Part shown: positions 25,496-38,957 of the stretch, one piece after another
How positions within the stretch are numbered: position 1 is the stretch's first letter
Layout: each line of letters starts with the position of its first letter
Source of the DNA: Octopus sinensis
Taxonomy: Eukaryota
Reading direction: 5' to 3'
Assembly (NCBI RefSeq): GCF_006345805.1
Contig: NW_021833251.1
Location: 15,240-79,239, forward strand
DNA: 64,000 nucleotides
Notes under the pieces: generated by a model
What the model was told of the DNA's origin: nothing
What the model saw: the letters and a program-made list of their open reading frames with translations, nothing else
Database searches by the model: none
Translations under genes and position numbers: made by a program

Positions 25496-27146
25496 ACTCG
25501 AAATTGCTGTCCTCGTAACCAAAACTTGAAAGAAATATTATACGGTATGTACCGTAGATAGAAGTAATGAACTTTCCTTTACGCCTTAATATTGAATTAC
25601 AATTTTTAGATCAAGTGACCTCCTACCACAGCAATACTCCTCTTTCGTATTGTGAAGCAAACGTAAGTTGCGAAGCTAAAATATCAGTTTTCTACTGCAA
25701 AAAGAAATCTCCACCTACTTATTCATTTTCATTACCGATCTATACATTCCTAAATAAACACAGTTTTGCAAAACACGCAAGCTCTAATAATAGTTAGCGT
25801 GTTTTCGGGTTTGATTGCTAATTGGAGATGTTAAGGATATAAATTACGAAAGAATCTCGTAAATTAATTATTGATGGATTGCTAAAATGTTCTCACATAT
25901 TTATGATCTAAGTTTGAATTCCATCGAGGTCAACTTACCTTTCTGTTAATCTTTATTGATCTTCTATGATCAATAAATACCAATGCAGTACAGAAGAAAG
26001 TGAATTGACAGGTTTGCTAGAGTGTCAGTCAAAATAACTTGCAGTATTTGTTCCTTATTTTCGTGTACTGAGTTCAAGTCCCATTGATGTCAAGTTTGTA
26101 TTCCATCTTTCCATGGTGATAAAATAATGTAACTAATCAAGTGCAGTGTATTAGAAGTATTCTGAATTCGTATAGATAAAACCCTGTAAATTTTTCGTCC
26201 TGGCGGACTCTTTAACATTTTGATGCATAATCATAAGGGAATAATTAACTTATTTAACCGACAATGCGGTGTTATGTAATAAAAACACTTATAGAAATCA
26301 ATGAGAAAATACTCTTTCTATTCTCGAACGAAAATTCCGCGATAAGATCATGGTGGTTGACCAGGAATTTAACAGTAGATGTTCGTTGATCTGCTTAAGC
26401 TGAAGTTAATAACAATTCTCAAGTCAACACGGTGAACAATACCCTCTTCCTAGTGTGCAGTGCCTTGCTTAAACGTTAGAAATGATAATTATAATGAGTC
26501 CGTATATATGTATGTGGGTGTGTGCATATATGTCTGTGAATATGTGTGTGTATTGGGATGCTCTAGTAACAGAATCAGTAGAGTTCATCGTTGATGAAAT
26601 AAGTTACTTCCAATCACGCAAATGAAAATATGGATTATAAACCCAGCGGTATTCCAGTGGAGCAAAATTTTCGGTTCGTATTTGCTCTTTAGTCATATAT
26701 TAAATGGAATGAAAATTTACTTCACAAAATGTGCATTAAAAGCAACATGCATGTACTATTTCGTCTCGGCAGTATTGAATCTCACGTAAGTTCCTATAGT
26801 AGACTTTGTACAACATGAACTAGAATTGCAACTATAAGTTTTCATTGGAGTAAAGTCATCTATACTCCTCCACGAAATTCCCTTACTGAGCCGAATATTA
26901 GAAATTTGTAATATTCTGATACATACATTCAAGTGTTTCGCTTAAAATGATATTAACACATTGGATCCAGAGTTACAATACTAGTTGTCTTCCTAAGCCA
27001 CAATTCTGTATCTTAATCAATTATGAAATAAGCAGCAGAATATTTTTCACTATATTATATGTGAAACAGTAATTAGAAACATTGGGAATACTTTTATCCA
27101 CGACCCACAGTGGTTCGTTTGTTATCTTCTGTGTTCCGAAATTATA

Positions 27147-27712
27147 TTGCGTTGTCCGGAAAGTTCATGTGGATTTTTAAAAGAAAGAAAAGGTCAATAA
27201 ATACTTGCCATTACATTTTTAATCAACCAAATTTTGAACCATTTTGTTGCACAATGCATCTCCATCTTTCCATTAACTTGAAAATACCCCCTTCCCACAA
27301 TTGCGGTGGTTTCATGGCAAAGAATTCATCAAGGTATCTTTTTACGTCATCCAAGGAATTGAAATTTTTACCATTAAGACTATTCTGCAGAAACCTGAAT
27401 AAGTGGAAATCTGAAGGAGCAATGTCTGGTGAATATGGAGGGTGGGGTAACACATCCCAGCCGAGCTGCAGCAATTTTTGTCTGATTCCCAAAGCATCAA
27501 GTGCCGAAAATGAACTTTCTTATCTGCCATTTTAAAGGGTTACAGAATTAACACAGGTTATAAGAACATTAACCGTTTTCCACGAAAAAATAGCTTAAAC
27601 TGTGCTCTTAATGGGGATGTAGTCAAATCCTATTTTATGGACTCAACCATGTTCTAAAATAAGTCGAAAGGTAAGCTGCTATAAATCGGCACGAACTTTC
27701 CGGACAACCCAA
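27147..27712 (-). mobile_element. Internally deleted mariner with both TIRs and TA TSD
   Basis: TIRs ttgcgttgtccggaaagttc / gaactttccggacaacccaa, each flanked by TA. MADKKVHFRHLMLWE is fused to the C-terminal LGWDVLPHPPYSPDIAPSDFHLFRFLQNSL...KLMERW (YSPDxAPxD motif). Confidence 0.95.
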
Positions 27713-28969
27713 TAGTTTCTGTCTACTCAAATTAAATGATGATATCCGATAAGATAAAAAATGAGAAAATAAAAGCAAAAACGTTAAAAGTGGCAAAATA
27801 TAGAAAGAACATTTTTTGGTGAAACACAATCCAACATTTAAGCAATCGTAATCTACTTGCTCCAGAAAAATTCACAGAAAAGGAATTATGAAACGAGCAA
27901 CGTTATGATCGTGTAGGTCTTGTTAACGTACCACATCAACCTGCAATGGGTCTTGTGGGAGCCAACCTGTTAACCATTTAACGAACTCAAAAATATAATT
28001 GAGATTTTCTTTCTATTACTGGTGCATGGGCTTGAGATTTTTATTGGAGGAAGGGGCTCTAGACGATCACATCATCCTAATGCTTGATTGGTACTAATTT
28101 CATCGGCCTTGAAAGGATAAATGGCAAAGTCAACCTTATCGTAATTTGAATTCAAAATGCTATGCATTTAGGGTGACTTCGGCATTGAAAGAATCGCAAA
28201 CACAAATAACAAACACATCATAAACAACAAACAGTTTCAAATCATTTTAATAGTCATGGTTTTATGATAAGGAAGCAGGAAAGATCTTTCAGCAGTATTT
28301 TCTTCCGACTTCACACATACGATTCTGATGAAATATTAAGCAATCTGTAATAAAAAGAAGACAAACATTATGTATTTGATAGATTATGTGCTATTATGCT
28401 CAAATGAAACGTAAAAAATATCATGTTACATTTCAAGTTAAATCTTCCACACGCTTTTAAAATCATAATTTCAAACCGAAGATATTGAAAAGAAAATTTG
28501 AACTTAGAGTGAAAATTAATTTTCTAAAATCTAAACGAATTCAAAATTGGTACTGTTAGATAAAATTTGAATTCAGGAAATAAGACGAGAGAAAACGTTG
28601 CTGTGGCCCAAACGACGGAGCTTGTATATAACTGACTTCAACCTCATCAGGCGTGTATCCCCTTTCTAAATGCAGTTTAAATTGACTGTATATTCTAAAA
28701 CCCATAACGTTGATTTCTTAATCCATGTTTTGCAAATATAAAATTCTTGTAGACAAGAATCAGCCAATTTCTACCTGATAATTTTCATGAATATATCTTT
28801 GTTACTTCTCATTCGGCAAATAATTTTGACGTCCGAATTCTAATCAACTCTCTCTATATATATAGAAATACAGATATTATACATAGATACGCACTCGCAT
28901 ATATGCACGGCCATCAGGCATACACACATATATGTATACATGTGTGTGTGTCTGTGTGAGTATACACAC

Positions 28970-29011
<42 letters not shown>

Positions 29012-29149
29012 CACACACACATATATATATATTGTTATATTTCGGAATGGTCATATTGCCAGTTTAGCCAATAAAATCACACGCACTATATATTTGGTGT
29101 TATTTTGCTTCAGTGATATTTACTTTTTACTTTAATCTTAATCTTATTT

Positions 29150-29194
29150 CGGCCAGAGTTTTCGTCACACTCCTGTGACCGCATCAGTGGTCCT
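29150..29194 (-). ncRNA. Degenerate hammerhead motif in the PLE tail
   Basis: ggacca-CTGATGC-g-gtcac-aggagt-gtgac-GAAA-actc-tggcc. Stem II is perfect, the core has A9 changed to C, and stem III is decayed. Confidence 0.5.
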
Positions 29195-29620
29195 TTGTTT
29201 TCTTCTTTCTTATTCGTTTGTGTCTCTCCTTACTAACCGTCAGCCATTTTGTATTTCTATGTATGTCTTCATTTGCGCATGCTATCTATGTGCGTCTATG
29301 TTTATTTAGTGTGTGGTGGGGGGATGCCTGTAATATTTGTATCTTCTGTTTATATACATTCATGTAATTTGTATTTGTTGTTGTTGCTTTTGTTCTAATT
29401 TTGTTCATGTGTTTACATCCATCCATTATTATCATTACATGCTTGTATGTATGTATGTATAAACAACAATATAGTAATAATATTAATAAATCTAATCGAG
29501 AAAAAAAAATATATATATACACACACATATATATATATATATATATATTAATATATATATATCTATATATATAATTATATAATATATACATATATACATA
29601 TACATACATACATACATACA

Positions 29621-29652
<32 letters not shown>

Positions 29653-29770
29653 CATATATATAGTTATTCATTTCTTTGTTTATTTATCTGTGTATTTATT
29701 ATAGTTTTCGGATCCTCTATCGTCATATGTTGTGGGTGTGTGCTATTGCTCCATTCTAGTTTTCTATCGG

Positions 29771-30045
29771 CTAGTTTATTTCTATTATATGTGTAGCTTC
29801 TGTAATTTGTCTAATTGTTGCATCTCTTCTATGTGTGGACAATATTTTAATCTCTATGTTATTGATTGATCCCCCGTGTTCCTGTTCGGCGTGTTGGTAC
29901 AGAATCGATGAGCTTTTACCTTCCTTGAGTTGTCTCCAATGTCATTCACCCGCTCTCCTATGCTTCTTGTCGTTTCCCCTACGTATGTTATTGTCTTGTT
30001 ACTGCATCGTCCCTTTATACATCTTATACTATATACTAGATTTCC
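29771..30045 (-). pseudogene. GIY-YIG endonuclease domain of a Penelope-like element (one frameshift, stop codons)
   Basis: GNLVYSIRCIKGRCSNKTITYVGETTRSIGERVN/HWRQLKEGKSSSILYQHAEQEHGGSINNIEIKILSTHRRDATIRQITEATHIIEIN*. It carries the VY...YVGET..R..ER..H and R...EA..I hallmarks. Confidence 0.9.
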
Positions 30046-30906
30046 TATGTCGTGTCAATAAGACGGGTTTTTATCGACGGTTATTCAAATTACTAAAGTA
30101 ACCAAATCGTCAATATTCCACCAAGCGTCTGAAAAATTGGAAAACTCCCCTGAAATTAAATAGCCCCAGATCCTCCTGGAAATATATGACCCCTGGAATG
30201 CCTTCAATCATTAAGCTCTGCTCCATGACGCACTAAACAACAACATTGACATAGAAAACAAAAACAACGAAACAATTTTTTTAAGTATCAAAACATAATT
30301 GAAGCAAGATATATTTCCCTCCATGATGGAACTGGAGTTTGAAATAGCTGCCCATTTAATTCTCCTCCACACGATCTCTAAGGCGGGGGCGTCAATTATT
30401 ATATAAACTTCATCCGATTTCAAATACAGATGAATGATGCATTAGTTAGACTAATCAACGTAGAAGTAATTAAAAACTTCTAAAAGTACAAGAGCTGCTA
30501 GTATGTCAGGTGTACATACTTCAATAACACGCAAATTTGTAAACCAAATTAAATTGCCGAATCAAGGAAACTTTATTCTACCTAGAAATAAACATAACAT
30601 TTTTTTTTTTACTTGTTTGTTGTATTGCTGGTTCTTGTTGGGTTTTGTGTCTTTGAAGTGGAAATTCTGACAAATGTTTAAAAGCTGAAACCACACTGCA
30701 TTTCAAGTTAGTTGACTAAATCCGATGTAATGTATTTTTAATTATTTATATGAGTGTCATGTGTGTGTCTGAGGAAATGTGAATTAGAATGTGACTACGT
30801 AGGTATGAGTACGTATACATACATTCTGGAACATACACACACACGCAAATACCCACACCTATGTATGTAAGTATATATATATGCAAAAACATATATGTTA
30901 TATATG

Positions 30907-30949
<43 letters not shown>

Positions 30950-31121
30950 ATATAGATTATATATAACTGATGTGTATATACGTATGTAAGTTTGTATGTG
31001 TGTGTACGCATATGGGAATACGCATTCATGCATACAAATATATATGTATATACATGTATAATATATGTTGTGTATGCATGCATGTACATATATATATGTA
31101 TATATATATTTATTTATATAT

Positions 31122-31203
<82 letters not shown>

Positions 31204-32086
31204 ATATATATATATTTACGCACACACACACATAGGGAGAGAGACATAGAGAAAAAGAGAAAGACATACTGAAATACATACATATGTACAAGCATACATA
31301 CACATATTCAACCCAATAAACACACAGAAATTTCCTGTTTAACATTACACACATATTCGTGTCATTTGACATCGTTTTCGGAGAATTAGGCAATAAAAAA
31401 GTAAACAAAAATCGTAATACCATATATTTTAGCAAAATATATAAACACGAACAGATATACAAATAATTACAAAAAAAAAAAAAAATATTCCGAAATCGAA
31501 CGTTGATGTAAATGTTATTTGCACAAAGAAAAAGTTTCATGATTCGTTGATCAGACGTTAAAACACCAAAACAGTGTATTTTTCTATGGTTGTCTCTTGA
31601 AAGTTCACTGCCAATAATTGCAGCGTTTTAATGGCAGACATCATTGAAGGACACATTTAATGAAACCCTGTAGATACATACACGGATGAAACATATGTTT
31701 AATTTTGTTGCACTACTCCACCAGCGATCATTTGCTATTTAATCCGACATTCATTTCGACGTCTCGTTTGGTTAGTGTCTTTACTAGTAACCAATATAAT
31801 TTTAAAGGTTTAAATTAGTCGAAGGATACTGTTGTATCGAAATATAAAAGTATAAACTAACAATAAGCCAAACAGAGTAAGAAGTTTGAATAAGACAAAC
31901 TAGATTTTACAGTAACAGACGAAGAAAAGTCAAATCGAATTTGATCTGCATATTGATTGACCCATCATGTCCGTCTGATACTGGGATTGTAAAGAAACAA
32001 ATGAACAGTGGAAAATATGCAACACCATATAATCTGAGACTGCAAGGATTTGGAACATGGATTCTGTAAACAATTGCTTCTGTTAT

Positions 32087-32366
32087 GGGATGGAAGCACT
32101 CCGTCGGTTACGACGATGAGGGTTCCGGTTGATCCGAATCAGAGAGTGACAAGGCCGGCCCTTTGAAACACAGAAACAGGAAGTAAGAGTGAGAGAAAGT
32201 TGTGGTGAAAGAGTACAGCAGGGATCACCACCATCCCCTGCCGGAGCCTCGTGGAGCTTTTAGGTGTTTTCGCTCAATAAACACTCACAACGCCCGGTCC
32301 GGGAATCGAAACCGCGATCCTACGACCGCGAGTCCGCTGCCCTAACCACTGGGCCATTGCGCCCCC
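32087..32366 (-). mobile_element. SINE family C, tail type 2
   Basis: Same head and body as 18384-18570 in reverse, but a different tail (gatcaaccggaaccctcatcgtcgtaaccgacggagtgcttcc). Confidence 0.85.
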
Positions 32367-33498
32367 TACTGTTATAGTAGGTAGGTGCATTAAGACTGTG
32401 AGTGATGAAATAGACTAATGGATAAAGATTGGAATGGATTATCCTGTATAACATCTAAGGAAAGTTTCCTTCTTCGGAACAGAGAAAATTTGACAGGAGT
32501 GCTTTGAGAATTCGATGGCTTATTGAAATCATGGGGTTATCTAAGATTACAGGTAATAACCTACTATCTACTTTCAAGAGGAATAAGGTCAATCCTTAGT
32601 CAAGAAGATGATAATGATAGCAACATAACAAAAATAACTAAAACTGCAACAACAACAACAATAATAATAATAATAATAATAATAATAAAGTGTGTGACTC
32701 TTACAGCACCCAGGTTTTCCTAGCAGTTACCAATCTAAGTACTCAATAGGCTCGACAATACTTATCCTCGGTGATCGGACGAGAACCGGTGCTTTCAACG
32801 TGATATGGCCATGATATATATATATATATACTTTTTATTCCAGTCATTTGACTGCGGATATGCTGGAGCACCGCCTTTAGATAAGGAAATCGACTCCAGG
32901 ACTCAACAACAGGCGTAATTGCATACACTACAATTGTTTCATCGTGACTTCGTCTGCAGATCATTTTATGTAAAATATGAAATACAAAACATTGCATCGT
33001 GTCCTTGTTATTAAACCACCAATACTGGTGAGTTTCGAATCATCAGGTACAAGAATAAAAAAAGTGTTCGCAGCAAACTATTTTTGGAGATACTCTCATA
33101 GTATTTTGTATATGTTCCGCTGATATTCACGAATTTCCACATCAGTCTCCAGTAATATTATCCATCTCACAATCAAATAACATATGTTACCTGATACCTG
33201 TAGGCGAGCTTTGTAAAGCACATTACAAGTTTTTATATTTACATTGAATTCACTCAAGCACACAGACACACATTCACTTTCACATACCATACACACACAT
33301 ACATACACACACATATACACGCTGACATAAATACAGATACTTGCATCAACATACGCACACGTGAGCAAAGGTACACACGGAATATAACTTTACGCAACTC
33401 TACATTGTTCGATGTAAGATGCATCAAGCTCCAGAACATCTGATGAAACGCACGTGACCTGCAGTCACAAAAATAACGATATATTAATATATATATAT

Positions 33499-33570
<72 letters not shown>

Positions 33571-33571
33571 G

Positions 33572-33607
<36 letters not shown>

Positions 33608-33608
<1 letters not shown>

Positions 33609-33840
33609 TTAGAACATTTACGGATAGAAGGTCTACAGCTGTTTCCAGGATATTATTAATTATATCCCTTCATCGGAGACGGTGTGAGAGGATGGTTAAG
33701 TAATGGTTAATTTAGATAGCATACAAAATAGAGATTGGCTTGAAGGAAAGAAAGTAGATGTGAGATATGTAGGGATATTGAAGGTGTAGATCCATTTTTA
33801 GGCAGAATGGTATATATGTAAGATTCCAATACAATTATAT
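33608..33840 (-). mobile_element. PLE-type tail with CCGAUGA hammerhead variant, copy 1
   Basis: Homologous to 60445-60770 and 62683-63010. ACAGCTGT at 33635-33642; tcatcgg at 33670-33676. Confidence 0.75.
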
Positions 33841-33899
33841 TATATATCATATTATATATATATATATATATAAATAAATATATTCCAATACAATTATAG

Positions 33900-33933
<34 letters not shown>

Positions 33934-34019
33934 ATAATATATATATATATATATAAATGTATATATAATGCATGTATGTAAATCGCCATGATAGACCGTT
34001 AGCTCTACACGCAATTTTC

Positions 34020-34195
34020 TCTCTTCTTGTTTCTCTCCTTGTTTCTTTTCTTGTATCTGTTTCTTTCTGTCGAAGAGCGTAGGCTCGAAACGTAAAACAC
34101 TTGTTCTATTTCTATTAGTGAGCGCCATACTAATACATTTGTTTGTACTCCACCTGCCTTCGTCTTTTGTTTATTTTCGTAAACCTTCCCGTTAT
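34020..34195 (+). mobile_element. PLE-type tail with CUGUCGA hammerhead variant
   Basis: ttt-CTGTCGA(34067-34073)-a-gagc-gtag-gctc-GAAA(34087-34090)-CGT-A-aaa, with a perfect stem II and palindromic ACGT. Confidence 0.6.
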
Positions 34196-34220
34196 CTATA
34201 AATGCATATATATATATATA

Positions 34221-34367
<147 letters not shown>

Positions 34368-34821
34368 CATGCATTTAAAGCGTATCTCTCCGTTAATTCA
34401 TTCTGTCTCTATCTCTCCCTGTCTGTCCGTTTGCTTCTCTCGCTCTCACTCGCTGTCTCTCTCTCTCCCTCCCTCTCTCTCTCTCTCTCCCTCTCTCTTT
34501 TTCCCTTTCGCGCTCTTTAACGTCCTTTTTTATAAGCTTATATACAATAAAAATTATTATTATATTGGACGGATAAACATGAATACTAATATCCTTAAAT
34601 AGTAACAATTGATTTATTGTGATATATGATATTTTGTATGTATGTGAAGTATCCTAGATATTTCATTATTTCATTAGTCTCTATATTTATGTTTGTAATA
34701 TTGACTATGTCCACCGAGACTTAATAATTTGAAATACAATAATACAATACATAGAAATACAAACACATACCGACGAGTGTGGTTGCACATATACAAAGAA
34801 TAACATACAGATGTTGATGAC

Positions 34822-34873
<52 letters not shown>

Positions 34874-35062
34874 TGTGTGTGTACATGAGTTTGTGTAGTT
34901 AGTACGATCTGTAGGGTATTTTGGTGGGAATTTTTGTGTATATTTATTATAAATATGTATATAATGTTCGTCGATGAAAGTATATATATATACATACACA
35001 CATGCAAACACACGCACAAACACACACTAACACTTACGTGTGTATATATATGTATATACATA

Positions 35063-35102
<40 letters not shown>

Positions 35103-35214
35103 TATATATATAATATATATATGTATATACACATACATACACACGCACATATATGTATGAATTTACACCTATGTATATGTACGTAAGTTTATATGTATGT
35201 ATACTTATCAATCT

Positions 35215-35766
<552 letters not shown>

Positions 35767-36044
35767 TTACACTCACACACACACATTCATACAGGCACAC
35801 ACAAACAACACACACACATGAATATATAGATATCGCAATCTCCCCATTTGGTTTCCTATCATTTGTTATATCGTTTTCAAAGATGTCTTTCGCTACAGAA
35901 TAGTAATACGTGAAATTTATCCTGGTTTAATAAACTGAAATACGACATCTCCAGACAACATTGTAGTAAACACCATCATTGTAAACTGGGAATACTTTTG
36001 TATTCCCAGAGATAGATTGGCAGCGATTATCCTGTTGAAGATGA

Positions 36045-36121
36045 TGAGCAGGAAGACGATGAAAAGAAAGACAATGATGATGATGATGATGATGATGGGG
36101 ATGATGATGGGGATGAAGATG

Positions 36122-36155
<34 letters not shown>

Positions 36156-36733
36156 CGATGATGGGATGACAACGACGATGATGACGATGATGACGATGAT
36201 GATGATGAGGAAGAGGAGGATGATGATGATGATGATGATGATCACGATGATGATGATGCGGAGGAAGGGGAAAAGGATGAGGAGACGGAGGAGGACAATA
36301 GTGATAATGAATGTTGGAACAGGAGTAGGATGTTGCATAGTAGGAGGGAGATGATGATGATGATGATGACTGGGACATGATGATGACGACGACGACGATG
36401 ATGACGATGATGTTGATGATGTTGATAATGACTATGATGATGATTATGATGATGAATTATTATAATAACGGCGATGATTCTATTTGATTATGGAAATTGC
36501 AAACAATGAAGACAATGGCAAGGCTGAGGCAAAATTTGATTGTCAGCTTTCGTGATCATAGTCATGGTGGTTGATGACTGTGATGGTGTGGTGGTGGTGG
36601 TGATGATGATGGGGAAGGAGGAGGATGTGGTCCTGATGCAGATGATGATGATGACGGTGATGATGATGATGAGGAGGAGGAGGAGGAGGAGGATAATCAT
36701 GATGATGAGGAGGATAATGATAATCATGATGAT

Positions 36734-36815
<82 letters not shown>

Positions 36816-36876
36816 GTGATGAGGAGGAGGAGAGGGAGGAGGAGGATAGTCATGATGATGATGAGGATAATGATGC

Positions 36877-36922
<46 letters not shown>

Positions 36923-36980
36923 GAGGAGGAGAAGGACGATGACGACGGTGCTAGTGATGATGATAGGATGACGGTGATGA
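36045..36980. repeat. Two long (GAT)n/(GAG)n low-complexity blocks
   Basis: Direct reading; source of the poly-M, poly-I, poly-H and poly-S ORFs. Confidence 0.95.
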
Positions 36981-37960
36981 AGTCTAAAAAGGAAAATTGA
37001 AAGACAAGAAAACTTGCGCCGTTCAATATGGCCAATAAGGTCCGAACTAAAATAGTGAAAAAATATCAACAAAAAACTATGATGATAATAACATTTACCG
37101 CAACAACAGCATCACCAATATTTCCCTCAACAACAACAACAACAACAGCAACGTTGGTGTCAATTAAGCAATATGATACATCCAACTTTGTATGATAATT
37201 CCTCAATTATATATTCGTACGAGGTGTTGTCTTTCTTTATTAGATGCTTCATGTGTCTTTATTTTTACCTGTTATTTTTTTCTTTTGTCCTGTATTAGAT
37301 TAATACAGGACAAGAAGATATACTTAAATATCTTTTTGCCAAAGAATAAAGAATAAGTCATTTACCAAGTAATAAACGGAGGAAGGGAAAATAGTAATCT
37401 AGATGATTCAATTATACTAGTAAAGTATACGAAATTAGAGATTTTCTTGAATAAGATATACAACAGAGATACGATAAAAAACAATACTTGATGATAATTA
37501 AATAATAGGCTAATGTCAAGTTATCCTATAAGAATCATTAAAACCTACTAGATGGTTAATAGTGATATGATATTCTTCCGATTCTAATTAAGCTTACTTA
37601 TTAATCTATATTATTATTATTATTATTATTTTCATTTTCCCTGCTTAGCGCTATGTACATAGTATATATATATATATATATTATATATATATATTTATTT
37701 ATTTTATATTTATTTATTTTGATATATATATATATATTATATATATTTGTATGTATGTATATATATCTATATATATACACACAGACGCATATGTGTAAAT
37801 ATATATATACACACGCACAAACATACGTACATACATACATGTACCTGTTTAGTGAAGAAGATTGCTTCTACAGTGTGTGAACAGCAAGTAATAAACACAA
37901 AACTGCTGGATGTGTGCGTGTGTATGTTTGTGTGTGTGTGTACCAATGTGTATGAGCATA

Positions 37961-37999
<39 letters not shown>

Positions 38000-38009
38000 T
38001 GACAGGGGC

Positions 38010-38450
38010 AGTATTAATACCGAGAGATAATATTTAATCCCACTTAAACGTGGATGTCCTGATAAAACAAAATTTTCTGGGGTATTTAGCATGAGAGAAA
38101 CTCCCATATAGGCTTTTGGTGCAGAATACACCCCTTGTTTGTTTGCATCGCCGAGACCACTCGATCACTTGATTTTGACATTCCTTGGTCCCATCGGCGG
38201 TGGGCACTCGACCGCTGGTGATTGAAGCGACTCATCTCTGTGCTAGGGATATATAGGAAATCAGTGCCAGAACAGGCACTGGTGTCACTATTAGTAGTCA
38301 GGTTAAGAAAATATATATATGGTAGCGAGAGGTAATATTTATTACCACTAAAAGTGTATGTTCTATTAGAACAAAAAGTTACTGCGGTATTTTCCGAGAG
38401 CGAAATTTCATATAGGCTTTCATAAAGCGAGTGCCGATACCACCAGATAA
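38010..38450. repeat. Diverged direct repeat, period about 305 bp
   Basis: cgagag(a/g)taatattta..ccact at 38021 and 38326; catataggcttt at 38105 and 38409. Confidence 0.65.
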
Positions 38451-38914
38451 CGTGATTTTGATCTTCATTATCTCATTGATAGGGATAAATTTCGAAGGGA
38501 ATGAAATATAAAAACCTAATGGTGGTTTGGATTTGGCTACTTTTTCTAGCGTGCTATTATGTGCTTAAATGTACACTGTATTTATATGAATAATATATAG
38601 TCCATTGATTAGTTTCCTTCATGCTAGGCCACTGGTAGTAAAAAAAAAAATTCTGAAATATTTTCTTACCCTGATATTTATTAATTATTGATAATTTTTG
38701 GAAAATTTTCGAGGATATGCTGGTATTACTTTTATTTGCTGCCGACAAAAGCTGCGCTTGATCGGTGGATTTCAAAAATTATATTACATAAGCACGAGGC
38801 AAATACTGTATTGCCTCGTATTTATATGTTAATCTTGGCGTACCAACTGAAGAAAGCTCCACCTAACGAATTATTTTATTTGCTAATTTACAGCTCGAAA
38901 CCATGGTCCAGGAT

Positions 38915-38957
<43 letters not shown>

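Larger units (their letters stand above)
29140..30110 (-). mobile_element. Penelope-like element 3' portion (GIY-YIG relic plus HHR tail)
   Basis: See sub-features 29771-30045 and 29150-29194. Interrupted by a microsatellite at about 29440-29660. Confidence 0.85.

Noticed and set aside
25610-25662. AG/GT-bounded mini-exon candidates (also 40239-40255, 41476-41598 and 60098-60152)
   Set aside because: Such signals arise often by chance in 64 kb, and the peptides are unrecognisable and cannot be chained into a gene.
30110-30520. Broken reading frame faintly resembling a transposon protein
   Set aside because: Multiple stops and no diagnostic motif; it cannot be assigned by eye.
33010-33055. 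Minus-strand CTGATGA-ttc-GAAAC
   Set aside because: Only 3 nt are available for stem II and there is no stem I pairing.
36584-37010. Stop-free Asp/Glu-rich frame resembling an acidic biomineralisation protein
   Set aside because: An open GAT/GAG frame is automatic in such repeats, and there is no start codon, signal peptide or splice acceptor.
37997-38290. Possible hAT TIRs tagtgaca / tgtcacta
   Set aside because: Only 8 bp match and there is no target-site duplication.
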